A stretch of DNA of 64,000 bases from Fidelibacterota bacterium (lineage in GTDB: Bacteria > Fidelibacterota > UBA8477 > JABMPR01), in assembly GCA_018650445.1 (NCBI GenBank), contig JABIFX010000160.1, forward strand, positions 37,052-101,051. Reading direction: 5' to 3'. Below, in pieces: positions 1 to 9,551 of the stretch. The notes under the pieces were generated by a model that worked only from the letters and a program-made list of their open reading frames with translations, was not told where the DNA came from and ran no database searches. The number at the start of each line of letters is the position of its first letter. Position 1 is the stretch's first letter. A program made the position numbers and the translations under genes.

Positions 1-1
1 C

Positions 2-853
2 CTACCAGAAGTTTCAAATGTTATCGAGATCAGTACACCTTATAAATTGGCCTCACGGGAATGGCAGCCGCAGGATACTATCGTGAACGTGGGTGGGGCG
101 CGTATTGGCGGTTCCGGCGTGTCTATTATTGCTGGCCCCTGTTCAATTGAATCCTATGAGCAAACCAAAACGGTGGGTGATGCCGTAAAAGCAGCAGGAG
201 GTCACTTCCTCCGTGGTGGTGCCTTCAAACCACGAACATCCCCCTATTCCTTTCAGGGTTTAGGTGTTGAAGGACTCAAAATTCTGAAACAGGTTGGAAA
301 AGAAGTTGGCTTGCCCACAGTGACTGAAGTGACAGATACAGAAGTATTGGAAATTACAGCACAACATACAGACATGCTCCAGATAGGTACCCGGAACATG
401 CAGAATATTACGCTTATCAAGGCAGCAGCACGTACTGGTTTGCCTATCTTTTTAAAGCGTGGAATGTCAGCAACGGTGAAAGAAACTATTCTGGCTGCTG
501 AATACATTTTGAACGAAGGAAATGAGAAGCTGGTTCTTTGTGAGCGAGGTATCCGCACCTATGTAGATCACACCAGAAATACTCTGGATGTGAGTGCCAT
601 TCCAGCCTTTCAGCGTTTGACCCATTTGCCAGTAGTGGTTGATCCCAGTCATGCTGCTGGAAAACGATCAAAGGTACTACCCCTATCTTTAGCTGGAGTA
701 GCAGCCGGTGCTCAGGGTGTTATGGTTGAAGTTCACCCTAACCCTGAAGTTGCCCTCAGTGATGGACCGCAGCAATTGGTCCCAGCTGATTTCAAAGATC
801 TGGTAGATCGAATCAGACTGGTTGCTGAAGCAGTCGGTAGAAAACTGGACTGA
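2..853 (+). CDS. aroF: 3-deoxy-7-phosphoheptulonate (DAHP) synthase, type I-beta; 5' end lies outside the window
   Basis: IIAGPCSIES, KPRTSPYSFQGLG and LCERGIRT...DPSH are colinear with Thermotoga/Bacillus-type DAHP synthases. The frame stays open upstream of the listed TTG (47) to base 2, reading ...EISTPYKLASREW. That matches the linker following an N-terminal regulatory domain, so the gene is probably truncated by the window edge. Confidence 0.9.
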   Translation, partial: LPEVSNVIEISTPYKLASREWQPQDTIVNVGGARIGGSGVSIIAGPCSIESYEQTKTVGDAVKAAGGHFLRGGAFKPRTSPYSFQGLGVEGLKILKQVGKEVGLPTVTEVTDTEVLEITAQHTDMLQIGTRNMQNITLIKAAARTGLPIFLKRGMSATVKETILAAEYILNEGNEKLVLCERGIRTYVDHTRNTLDVSAIPAFQRLTHLPVVVDPSHAAGKRSKVLPLSLAGVAAGAQGVMVEVHPNPEVALSDGPQQLVPADFKDLVDRIRLVAEAVGRKLD

Positions 854-873
854 TCCCTCGGAAGGAGTCACCC

Positions 874-2133
874 ATGGCTTTGCTTGGTGAAATTAGGCTA
901 CCTGGTGACAAATCAATAAGCCATCGAGCCCTCATGTTCACCGCACTGAGTGATGGTCTTAGTCGCCTTGAAAATCTGAATCCAGGGGCCGATGTCGCCA
1001 CAACTCAACGTGCCCTGATCAACTGTGGAATTCATATCGAAGAAAAGCATGGTGTCGTTCATGTCCAGGGCGGTGGACTACATCCATTCAAACAGCCTGA
1101 ACTGGGACTTGATTGTGGAAACTCGGGGACTACTGCGCGCCTGATGATGGGTCTCTTGGCGGCACACCCCATACATGTTCAGGTCACAGGGGATCAGTCT
1201 CTCAGCAAACGACCCATGGACAGAGTTTTTAGACCTCTCCAGCAAATGGGTGCCAACATCTCAGCCAACAAAAGAAAATATTTACCCCTGATGCTGAGCG
1301 GACGTGACTTGTGGGCTCTGGACTACCAGCTACCATATGCCAGCGCCCAGGTCAAATCGGCCATTCTTTTGGCAGGGTTGCATGCAAAGGGACAAACCAC
1401 GGTCAAATCGCCTGCTTTTAGTCGTGATCATACTGAGCAAATGCTTAAGGCAATGGGTGCACGCATCAAGGTCAAGGGGCGTGAAGTGTCAGTACATCAA
1501 CTGACCAAACCACTCAAACCAATTGATCTGGTGATACCGGGTGACTTTTCGGCTGCGGCCTTTTTTATTGCTGCAGCCCTACTCGTTCCAGATTCAGATT
1601 TGATCCTTCGTGGTGTGGGGATAAATCCAACTAGAACAGCCTTTCTTAAAGCGGTCAAAGATATGGGTGGCAAAGTAACCGTCGCCAATAAAGCAAAGCT
1701 CAGCGGTGAAGCTATTGCTGATATACGAATCCGGGCATCCAAGTTAAAAGGTATTCAAATCTTTCCGGAGCAGATTCCAAATCTGATTGATGAATTGCCC
1801 CTCATTGCACTATTGGCTACACAGGCTGAGGGTGAAACTGTGGTAACGGGTGCAGATGAATTGCGTGTGAAAGAATCAGATCGAATCACTGCGATTGTGA
1901 CTAATCTGAGTGCCTGGGGTGCCAAAATATTTGAGCGACCCGATGGATTCCATGTAGAAGGACCCACACCTCTCAAGGGGGGTAAGGTCAAAACCTATAA
2001 AGATCATCGTATTGCCATGACTCTGGGTATCGCAGGATTGATTAGCAAATTACCGGCAAGTCTGGATGACCCGAATTGTGTAGATATTTCATATCCTGGT
2101 TTCTTCGATGAACTTCGGGGTTTGATAAGTTAA
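874..2133 (+). CDS. aroA: 3-phosphoshikimate 1-carboxyvinyltransferase (EPSP synthase), class II-like
   Basis: LPGDKSISHRALMF, LDCGNSGTTARLMMG, KRPMDRVFRPL and VKESDR motifs. Length 419 aa. Sits in the shikimate operon. Confidence 0.95.
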   Translation: MALLGEIRLPGDKSISHRALMFTALSDGLSRLENLNPGADVATTQRALINCGIHIEEKHGVVHVQGGGLHPFKQPELGLDCGNSGTTARLMMGLLAAHPIHVQVTGDQSLSKRPMDRVFRPLQQMGANISANKRKYLPLMLSGRDLWALDYQLPYASAQVKSAILLAGLHAKGQTTVKSPAFSRDHTEQMLKAMGARIKVKGREVSVHQLTKPLKPIDLVIPGDFSAAAFFIAAALLVPDSDLILRGVGINPTRTAFLKAVKDMGGKVTVANKAKLSGEAIADIRIRASKLKGIQIFPEQIPNLIDELPLIALLATQAEGETVVTGADELRVKESDRITAIVTNLSAWGAKIFERPDGFHVEGPTPLKGGKVKTYKDHRIAMTLGIAGLISKLPASLDDPNCVDISYPGFFDELRGLIS

Positions 2134-2177
2134 TTTTTTTGAATAAGCGTTTTGAACGCACGAATCAGGAGATAAAT

Positions 2178-3044
2178 GTGAAATTAGCTGTTATTGGTGA
2201 CCCTCTCAGACAAAGTGTCAGCGATTTTATGCATGGTTGGATATATGAACAACTTGGCCTGGAGGCAGAGTATAAAAAGATCAAGGTTGTCCAGGGAGAT
2301 CTGGAACGCTGGGTAAATCTTCCATCTGCCAGGAAGCTGGATGGATTTAATGTGACCATCCCCCATAAAGAGGATATTATACCCTTCTTGGATAGCGTGA
2401 ATGATCGCACTGCACCAATTGGTGCAGTCAATTGTGTCAGACGCCATGACGGGAAACTCACTGGATACAATACTGACTGGTACGGCTTTGTGAAATCCCT
2501 GGAAGCCGCAGGTGTGGATCTGGCTGGAAAAAAAGTAGTCGTCCTGGGGAGTGGTGGTGCCGCAAGAGCCATCACCTTTGGATTGGCCAGGGTTGGAGCC
2601 GGGAAAACCACTGTGATTGCACGAGATCCCGATAGGGCAAAAACCCTTATTAAGGACATGAGCAATTCTGCTGAAGGCATGAAATTAGCTGGTTGCTCCT
2701 GGGATGAAAGTGCAGTTGAGCCCATTGAAGACGCCTATTGCCTGGTCAATTGTACTCCCATCGGAATGAAGCCAAAACAGAATGAGAGCCCTCTGGATGG
2801 AGATCTTCTGGAATCCATTGATGTGGTAGTTGACACCATTTTCAATCCTTTGAATACACGCTTACTTTCAGAGGCAATTTTTTCAGACTGTCAAACCGTT
2901 TCTGGTTTGGATATGTATCTCTATCAGGCCATGGCCTCAATTGATGTTTGGTTTGGACCACAGGATTGGAACCAGATCAAGATGAATGAGATGCGCGAAG
3001 CTGTTCACAACAAAATTACCGGTTTTAAGCGGAAATTTGAGTGA
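2178..3044 (+). CDS. aroE: shikimate dehydrogenase
   Basis: NVTIPHK, GAVNCV, NTDWYGF and the GSGGAARA Rossmann motif. The ORF track starts at TTG 2139, but GTG 2178 is preceded by AGGAG about 6 nt upstream and gives the usual MKLAVIG N-terminus. Confidence 0.85.
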   Translation: MKLAVIGDPLRQSVSDFMHGWIYEQLGLEAEYKKIKVVQGDLERWVNLPSARKLDGFNVTIPHKEDIIPFLDSVNDRTAPIGAVNCVRRHDGKLTGYNTDWYGFVKSLEAAGVDLAGKKVVVLGSGGAARAITFGLARVGAGKTTVIARDPDRAKTLIKDMSNSAEGMKLAGCSWDESAVEPIEDAYCLVNCTPIGMKPKQNESPLDGDLLESIDVVVDTIFNPLNTRLLSEAIFSDCQTVSGLDMYLYQAMASIDVWFGPQDWNQIKMNEMREAVHNKITGFKRKFE

Positions 3045-3179
3045 TATTAGGCAAGCGCTGATTCTCAATAACTTTGACTTATAGAAGCCCATCATCCTGC
3101 TTGATAAACCAGAGCTGGACCTTGAACTTGTCGAAAGGTACGACGGATTGAACGGAATCGATAGATTAGGATTAATAAA

Positions 3180-4334
3180 ATGTTACAACATCTAAAATTC
3201 TTAACTGCAGGGGAATCACACGGCAAAGGTCTATCAGGAATTCTTGAAGGTTTTCCTGCCGGAGTGCCACTTTCCGAAAGTTTTATCGCAAGAGACTTAG
3301 CTCGTCGGCAAATGGGGCACGGTCGCGGTGGTCGCATGAGTATCGAGAAGGACCATGCTGAAATAACCAGCGGCTTGCGTCATGGGTATACCTTGGGATC
3401 TCCCATAGCACTCTGGATTCAGAATCAGGATTGGGAAAACTGGAAACAGGATAAAATGTCACACGAAGCACCATCGAATCCTGTTCCCGAGGTAACTCTT
3501 CCCCGTCCAGGCCATGCTGATCTGGCTGGAACCCAAAAATTCGGTTTTAGTGATATTCGCAATGTTCTGGAGCGGTCATCTGCACGTGAAACAGCCATGC
3601 GGGTCGCCCTGGGAGCAGTTTGCCGCGCCTTCTTAAATGAATTGGGTGTTGAGATATTCAGCCATGTTTTACAGATAGGTCCTATCAAAACCACTTCAAA
3701 ACCAGTGCAACTACATAAGGATATGAATAAAATCGCAGATGCCTCAGATGTGAGGTGTTTGGATAAGGAAGCCACCAGTGCAATGATTCAGCATATCGAT
3801 GTGACCCGCAAAGAGGGTGATTCGGTGGGCGGTGTTTTTGAAGTGCTAGCAGCGGGACTTCCGCCTGGTCTAGGTTCTTATACTCATTGGGATCGCAAGC
3901 TGGATGCCCGTCTGGCTGCCGCTATGATGTCAATCAATGCTATGAAATCCGTAAGTATTGGAGATGGGCTGGATGTCAGTGAAGCTACTGGATCTCAGGT
4001 TCATGATGAAATAATTAAAGAAAATGACACTATTGGTAGAGCCACAAATCATGCAGGGGGTATAGAAGGTGGTATGTCAAATGGTGAACTGATTCAGGTT
4101 CAAGTCACCATGAAGCCGATCCCAACCCTGGCAAAACCTTTAAGATCAGTGGATATCAAAACCCATGAACCGGGAATCGCCCATAAGGAGAGAACCGATG
4201 CCTGTGCTGTACCAGCTGCTTCCGTAATTGGTGAAGCCATGATGGCTCTGGTTTTGACTGATGCTATCCTTGAAAAGTTTGGTGGAGACTCGTTAGAGCA
4301 GGTCAAAGCACACATCGCCGCCACAGGAGTGTAG
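3180..4334 (+). CDS. aroC: chorismate synthase
   Basis: LTAGESHGKGL, GRGGRMSIE, RPGHADL, SARETAMRVA and GGIEGGMSNG motifs. 384 aa. Confidence 0.95.
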   Translation: MLQHLKFLTAGESHGKGLSGILEGFPAGVPLSESFIARDLARRQMGHGRGGRMSIEKDHAEITSGLRHGYTLGSPIALWIQNQDWENWKQDKMSHEAPSNPVPEVTLPRPGHADLAGTQKFGFSDIRNVLERSSARETAMRVALGAVCRAFLNELGVEIFSHVLQIGPIKTTSKPVQLHKDMNKIADASDVRCLDKEATSAMIQHIDVTRKEGDSVGGVFEVLAAGLPPGLGSYTHWDRKLDARLAAAMMSINAMKSVSIGDGLDVSEATGSQVHDEIIKENDTIGRATNHAGGIEGGMSNGELIQVQVTMKPIPTLAKPLRSVDIKTHEPGIAHKERTDACAVPAASVIGEAMMALVLTDAILEKFGGDSLEQVKAHIAATGV

Positions 4335-4353
4335 AGTGGTCGGAGGGGATTAA

Positions 4354-4878
4354 ATGATGAGCATTAGTAAAGTATACTTGATTGGCTTGATGGGTGCAGG
4401 TAAAAGTACCGTCGGCCGACTTTTGGCTGATGCACTCAGCTGGCAATTGCTGGATATTGATCAAGAAATTGAAAAATTTGCAGGAAATGACATCCCATCC
4501 ATTTTTGAAGCACAGGGGGAGGATGGATTTCGTGACTATGAAGCTCAGGTTCTCATGGAAACAGCTTCACTGAATGATGCTATCATACCTTGTGGTGGAG
4601 GCATTATTACCAGACCCGAAAACGTGGAGTACCTGAAAGATCATCTAACTATCTGGCTGGATGTATCTCCTGAAGAAGCTGCAGCTCGCTTGGAGCATTC
4701 TGATCATCGTCCCCTGTTAAATGAATGCAAGGATACGATTAAAAAATTGCAGGAAATTTTGGATAATCGCCAAGTTGGCTATGCCGAAGCTGCGTCGCTT
4801 CACATAAATACAGGTCAACGAGCTCCAGATATTATCACCCATGAAATACTTGAGAAACTGGAAAGCTACCATGTCTGA
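4354..4878 (+). CDS. aroK: shikimate kinase
   Basis: Walker A LIGLMGAGKSTVGRLLA, DIDQEIE, GGG lid. 174 aa. GGAGG RBS upstream. Confidence 0.9.
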   Translation: MMSISKVYLIGLMGAGKSTVGRLLADALSWQLLDIDQEIEKFAGNDIPSIFEAQGEDGFRDYEAQVLMETASLNDAIIPCGGGIITRPENVEYLKDHLTIWLDVSPEEAAARLEHSDHRPLLNECKDTIKKLQEILDNRQVGYAEAASLHINTGQRAPDIITHEILEKLESYHV

Positions 4879-5986
4879 TTCATCAACCCTTACAATGACC
4901 CACAAGACTGGAGCCTACGAGATTCGTGTGGGGCAGAATCTGCTGGACTCGGTGGCAGGGCTACTCTCGAGTATTGGTGCCTCGGGACCTATAGGAATAA
5001 TTAGCAATGCTACGGTCAATGAACTCTATGGTGGATCAATTCGTGAGGCCCTTAGCCAGGCTGCCTTTGTAACTCGAACGATCTTGATCCCTGAAGGGGA
5101 GGAATATAAAACCCTGGCCTCGGCAGAACAGGTGATGTCCGCTTTGATTGCCCAGGGCATGGAACGCTCTGGAACCATCCTTACCCTGGGAGGTGGTGTG
5201 GTCACTGATCTGGGTGGTTTTGTCGCCAGCATTCTCTATCGTGGGGTCAAATTGGTCCATATCCCAACAACGTTGCTGTCTATGGTAGATGCCGCTGTAG
5301 GGGGTAAGACAGGCGTCAATCATAGTAGTGGTAAAAACCTGATCGGTAGCTTTTATCAACCTGATTTAGTCGTCATGGATGTGAAAACTCTGGAAACCAT
5401 GCAGCCACGTGATCGTATCTCAGGATACGCAGAAATGTTAAAGATGGGTGTCATTCGAGATACGAGCTATCTTGAGTTCCTCGTTGACCATATGGATGAA
5501 TGTCTGGCGGCTGAGTCCACTGATATCCTCATTCAAGCCATAGCCCGAAGTTGCGAGCTAAAAGCTGAAGTGGTTGAAGCAGATGAGAAGGAAGCGGATT
5601 TACGACGCATTCTGAATTTTGGACATACTCTCGGTCATGCTATTGAATCCACGCTTGGATATGGTGTGGTCAGACATGGTGAAGCTGTCATCCTTGGCAT
5701 GTACGGTGCAGGATGGCTTTCCAATCAGGTCGGTGATTTATCGCTAGAAGATTGGGATAAACTGTCGGCTATGCTGAGAAGAATTCCCCTGGAGTTTCCA
5801 CAAAAGTCTTTAAACCCAGAAGCCATTGAACTGGCAACCCGTCTGGATAAAAAGGTAGCGAACTCACAATTGAACTTTGTATTATTACATCACCTGGGAG
5901 AAGCCTATATGCAGACCGGGATTCCTGCGGTAATGATAAAGTTGGCCGTTGATGCCATCAGAACTGCCTGGGAGGGTAGGGAATGA
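4871..5986 (+). CDS. aroB: 3-dehydroquinate synthase
   Basis: GGGVVTDLGGF, GGKTGVN, NFGHTLGHAIE and HGEAV metal/NAD motifs. ATG 4871 overlaps the aroK stop (ATGTCTGA) and is preferred over the listed 4841. Confidence 0.9.
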   Translation: MSDSSTLTMTHKTGAYEIRVGQNLLDSVAGLLSSIGASGPIGIISNATVNELYGGSIREALSQAAFVTRTILIPEGEEYKTLASAEQVMSALIAQGMERSGTILTLGGGVVTDLGGFVASILYRGVKLVHIPTTLLSMVDAAVGGKTGVNHSSGKNLIGSFYQPDLVVMDVKTLETMQPRDRISGYAEMLKMGVIRDTSYLEFLVDHMDECLAAESTDILIQAIARSCELKAEVVEADEKEADLRRILNFGHTLGHAIESTLGYGVVRHGEAVILGMYGAGWLSNQVGDLSLEDWDKLSAMLRRIPLEFPQKSLNPEAIELATRLDKKVANSQLNFVLLHHLGEAYMQTGIPAVMIKLAVDAIRTAWEGRE

Positions 5987-6567
5987 CTCTGGATTTTAAT
6001 GCTTTCATGCATGCTTTTGTGACCCTGTTGGTCATTATGGATCCCTTTGGCGGATTACCAGTATTTATGACATTGACCAAGGATTACCCCGAAGATCGTG
6101 CAAAACGAAGTGCCCACCGAGCGACCCGTGTGTCACTCATTCTACTCACTATTTTTGTTTTTGTAGGTGAAGGGGTTCTAGATTTTTTTGGAATCACAAT
6201 GTTCTCCTTCCAGGTGGGGGGCGGGCTCATTCTGCTTTCCCTGGGATTATTGTATGTTCTGGGCGTCACTCTGGGTGACGATAAGGATTATTCCAAGGAT
6301 ATCGTCATTCCCATGGCCACACCTTTGATTGCAGGTCCAGGAGCAATTACAGCCATAATTATCCTGGTTTCTAAATATGGATTTTGGGTGCCTCTTTTGG
6401 CCATGTTGCTAAATCTTTTCATTTTTTGGCTGGCCATGTACTATGCACGCTACATCAAAAAATTTCTGGGTGAGCAGGGCTTAGAGATCATGAGTCGTGT
6501 CATGGGACTTTTGCTGGTTGCCCTGGCCATCGAGATGATCAGGTCAGCCTGGATAGAGCTCCTCTGA
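5983..6567 (+). CDS. MarC/UPF0056 family integral membrane protein
   Basis: About 6 hydrophobic segments, an N-terminal ...VIMDPFGGLPVF motif typical of the MarC family, and a 4-nt ATGA overlap with aroB. Confidence 0.7.
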   Translation: MTLDFNAFMHAFVTLLVIMDPFGGLPVFMTLTKDYPEDRAKRSAHRATRVSLILLTIFVFVGEGVLDFFGITMFSFQVGGGLILLSLGLLYVLGVTLGDDKDYSKDIVIPMATPLIAGPGAITAIIILVSKYGFWVPLLAMLLNLFIFWLAMYYARYIKKFLGEQGLEIMSRVMGLLLVALAIEMIRSAWIELL

Positions 6568-6662
6568 TAGCCATTTGCGTAAGCCTTTGATCCACTTATA
6601 TTCTCATCGCTTTTTTAAGACGCGTCTCCCTGAGGCGCTCGAAGGGTACGCGAGAAAATACT

Positions 6663-6736
6663 GGTCGATTGGCTCAGCTGGTTAGAGCGCTCGGTTCACA
6701 TCCGGGAGGTCGTAGGTTCGAGTCCTACATCGACCA
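6663..6736 (+). tRNA. tRNA-Val (anticodon CAC)
   Basis: Hand-folded cloverleaf. Acceptor stem GGTCGAT/ATCGACC, D arm GCTC/GAGC, anticodon stem CTCGG/CCGGG with loop TTCACAT, and T arm GTAGG-TTCGAGT-CCTAC. 74 nt, with no encoded CCA. Confidence 0.85.
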
Positions 6737-6883
6737 CTTCAACATTTCTATAATCACAGATCACACTAATTTCATAAATTTTGGTTTTGGTAATGTAGTG
6801 ACGAAGCAATCGAATGGCTCGTTTGCAAGTATCATTGGATAAATTAGTTCCAAAAGATAATTCCTCAGGTTAGACTGGTATCA

Positions 6884-8038
6884 ATGAATACCGTTCTCCT
6901 ACTGGCAGCAATTCAAGCGTTTTTCCTGGCCATGCTCCTTTTTGGTAAAAAGAAAAAACAGCTATCCGACCTTATTCTGGGTGTTTGGCTCGGCTTGATC
7001 GGGTTGCATTTATCCATCAATTTTGTAAGTGCCTCGGATCATCCATACTTGTTAATGCTCAAAAACATGAATGCAGGTTTTCCATATCTACAGGGTCCCT
7101 TTTTATTCCTGTATGTCCTTACACTGACCAAACAGACTGGCAAATTACGGCGTGTGGATTATATCCATTTTGGTCCATTCCTGCTTTATATAACCTATCA
7201 ACTTATCCGGTTGGTCGGCTATATGAACTCAACTCAAAGTGGATTTATTACCATCTATCTATTTGATCAGCCGGAGTTGTTCAATATCGTTTTATTAGGA
7301 TCTGTGCCTCTCTACGTAATCTGGTCCTACCTTTTATTGAATACTTTTCGTCAAAGGATTTTGAATAATTATTCGACTGTGGATAAAATAAATTTGAACT
7401 GGTTACGCTATCTGATTTACGGAATGGGTATGGTGTGGCTTATTGTTATTCTAGTGTATATAAGTCTGAAAATAGGGGGCGTTGGTGAAAATCATGATGT
7501 GAGACATTTGATATTCATCGCCATCACAATTTTTGTTTACGCCATTGGCTACTTTGGATTGAAACAAACCACCATCTTTTCTGATAGAGAGCACTTAGAT
7601 GGTGAACTAGCCCAGAGTGAGACAGAAGAGAAGCAAACAGATACTATTTCAGATGAAAAAAAATACAAGAAATCCAGTCTTAAAGAACCCGAAGCCAGTA
7701 AGGTATTATCTCAATTACAGGCTTACATGGAGAGTGGTAAGCCCCATTTGAATGATCAACTAACCTTACCAGATGTGGCGACTCAGTTAAAAATCTCAGT
7801 TAATCACTTATCACAGATTATCAATGAACTCTGCCAGCAAAATTTTTTCGATTTTGTCAATAGCTACCGGGTTAAGGAAGTAAAGCAGAAAATGCTGGAT
7901 CCTAAAAACGAGATATACTCACTCCTGTCCATCGCCCACGATTGTGGCTTTGGATCAAAATCCACCTTCAATCGTATCTTTAAAAACCATACTGGTCAAA
8001 CCCCCACCCAGTACAAAAAAACCCTTCGTAATATCTGA
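6884..8038 (+). CDS. membrane-anchored AraC-family transcriptional regulator
   Basis: The N-terminal ~230 aa contain multiple hydrophobic helices. The C-terminal ~100 aa are an AraC-type HTH (LTLPDVATQLKISVNHLSQIIN...IAHDCGFGSKSTFNRIFKNHTGQTPTQYKK). Confidence 0.8.
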   Translation: MNTVLLLAAIQAFFLAMLLFGKKKKQLSDLILGVWLGLIGLHLSINFVSASDHPYLLMLKNMNAGFPYLQGPFLFLYVLTLTKQTGKLRRVDYIHFGPFLLYITYQLIRLVGYMNSTQSGFITIYLFDQPELFNIVLLGSVPLYVIWSYLLLNTFRQRILNNYSTVDKINLNWLRYLIYGMGMVWLIVILVYISLKIGGVGENHDVRHLIFIAITIFVYAIGYFGLKQTTIFSDREHLDGELAQSETEEKQTDTISDEKKYKKSSLKEPEASKVLSQLQAYMESGKPHLNDQLTLPDVATQLKISVNHLSQIINELCQQNFFDFVNSYRVKEVKQKMLDPKNEIYSLLSIAHDCGFGSKSTFNRIFKNHTGQTPTQYKKTLRNI

Positions 8039-8147
8039 TTCTCCTCACAGCTGAGCTTGTGGTCGCATCCTATAGGCTGAGTCGATTCAGGTTCAGTTCT
8101 CAGCTAAACTATGGCTGACACGAACACAAAACCAAAGGAGAATTAAA

Positions 8148-9419
8148 ATGAAACAACTCATGTCTTTAATCCTGGTAATCTTTTCCCTGGCTATGACTGC
8201 GTGCAAAGAGCAACACAGTGAAACGGGTGCGAGTATCCAGGCAACCCTTGATCATTTGAAAATTGCGCTGAATGAGCATGATTTTGAGGAAATTGAACCC
8301 CTGATTGCTGTTGACTTTGCATTTAATGGGTATGATGGAGAAATGGGCCGTATGATTATGAGTCAAATTGTGGCTCAATATCCCCAAAAAACCAGCGCTA
8401 TCAATATCACCGATGTGAAACTTGAGGGGTCAAATTATGTGGTTACTGCGGAATTTGTATCCAGGGATGAAACCGTTCTCAAGGAAGTGATTCTAACCTC
8501 AGATTATAAGATCGAACGTGCCCAAATTGTGGAAATCGCCATGGGGGGACATGAGCCTGCCCAGAAGTCGCATACAATTCCCTTTTATAGCAGTCCAGAG
8601 GATAACATTCCATCCAAAATGGTGGCTGATTTTGAATTGGCTGGCCGGTTGATTACTGTTGAAGCAGAGGTAGAAGGAGTTCGGGGAACCTATATTGTAG
8701 ACTCTGGAGCGGTAACCTTTATGCTTAATTCAAGATATTTCCCTGGTTTGGAAGATCGTGCCAAGCCCATGGATCATGGGGCTCAAGGTGTGAATGGCTC
8801 CCTTGAGGGAATTCGTGTTGTTGATGCTAATAATTTCATCTGGCAGGATACAGAACTGGCATCCATTTCAGCCTTACTCTATGATTTATCCCATTTAGAG
8901 GAAAAGACAGGTGTTGAAATCAAAGGCTTGATCGGAGCTGAATTCCTCAAAAGATATGTAGTAGAGTATGATTATTCAAAACAGGAAATAACCTTGTACT
9001 CTAATGCTTCAAATAGCTTTACTCAAGATGAAATGAGCCATGTCGTTGATATAGAAATGTTGGATAATATGCCCGTATTTGGGATTGAAATTGGAAAGAA
9101 AAAACTGAGGGTTGCTCTGGATTGTGGAGCCGAAGAAGCCATGTTATTCAAAAAGTGGGATGAGCCCCTTAGTCCATATTATAAATATCTTGGGACAACT
9201 GGACTTTCTGGAGCTGATAAAGTCGAGTCCATCAATAAACAGGTCAAGCTAGATGCCTATAAAGTCGGCGATGTTACCTATAAGAAGCAGGACTTCATAT
9301 TTGCAGACTTGACCTATAACCACTCTATTGAAATAGATGGATTGCTAGGCTACGAATTCTTGAGTCAACACAAGACTACAGTGGATTATGAGAAGGGTAA
9401 GATTTATATCTCATCATAA
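8148..9419 (+). CDS. lipoprotein with two retropepsin-like aspartic protease domains
   Basis: Lipobox LAMTAC. Two D-S/C-G-A signatures (YIVDSGAVTF and VALDCGAEEA), each followed by a ...GLIG/GLLG...FL flap-like segment. An NTF2-like module lies at the N-terminus. Confidence 0.6.
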   Translation: MKQLMSLILVIFSLAMTACKEQHSETGASIQATLDHLKIALNEHDFEEIEPLIAVDFAFNGYDGEMGRMIMSQIVAQYPQKTSAINITDVKLEGSNYVVTAEFVSRDETVLKEVILTSDYKIERAQIVEIAMGGHEPAQKSHTIPFYSSPEDNIPSKMVADFELAGRLITVEAEVEGVRGTYIVDSGAVTFMLNSRYFPGLEDRAKPMDHGAQGVNGSLEGIRVVDANNFIWQDTELASISALLYDLSHLEEKTGVEIKGLIGAEFLKRYVVEYDYSKQEITLYSNASNSFTQDEMSHVVDIEMLDNMPVFGIEIGKKKLRVALDCGAEEAMLFKKWDEPLSPYYKYLGTTGLSGADKVESINKQVKLDAYKVGDVTYKKQDFIFADLTYNHSIEIDGLLGYEFLSQHKTTVDYEKGKIYISS

Positions 9420-9473
9420 AATGATCAAGGCGGCTTTTACGAAGTTGATTGAAACAGTTAACCAGCCATATAT

Positions 9474-9503
9474 AAAACAGCCTCCATTCTTGGAGGCTGT
9501 TTT
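9474..9503. terminator. bidirectional rho-independent terminator between convergent genes
   Basis: AAAACAGCCTCCA-TTCT-TGGAGGCTGTTTT: a perfect 9-bp GC-rich stem flanked by an A-run and a T-run. Confidence 0.8.
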
Positions 9504-9551
9504 ATATGCTTGCCCACGTCACTCCGAACGGAGTTGAGGGGATAGAATTGC

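Noticed and set aside
253-558. Antisense and alternate-frame ORFs inside strongly supported genes. Examples are 253-558(-), 2165-2725(-), 3425-3775(-), 18131-18517(+), 36477-36929(+), 47457-47903(+), 55415-55717(-) and 63050-63367(-).
   Set aside because: Each lies wholly within a longer ORF on the other strand or frame that has clear family motifs. Their translations are low-complexity or Ser/Arg/Pro-rich shadow products with no motifs, so they are treated as non-coding.
6663-8147. tRNA-Val as the attachment site of an integrated element.
   Set aside because: There is no integrase, excisionase or phage/transposon gene downstream. I saw no direct repeat of the tRNA 3' end, and the neighbouring genes look like ordinary chromosomal genes.
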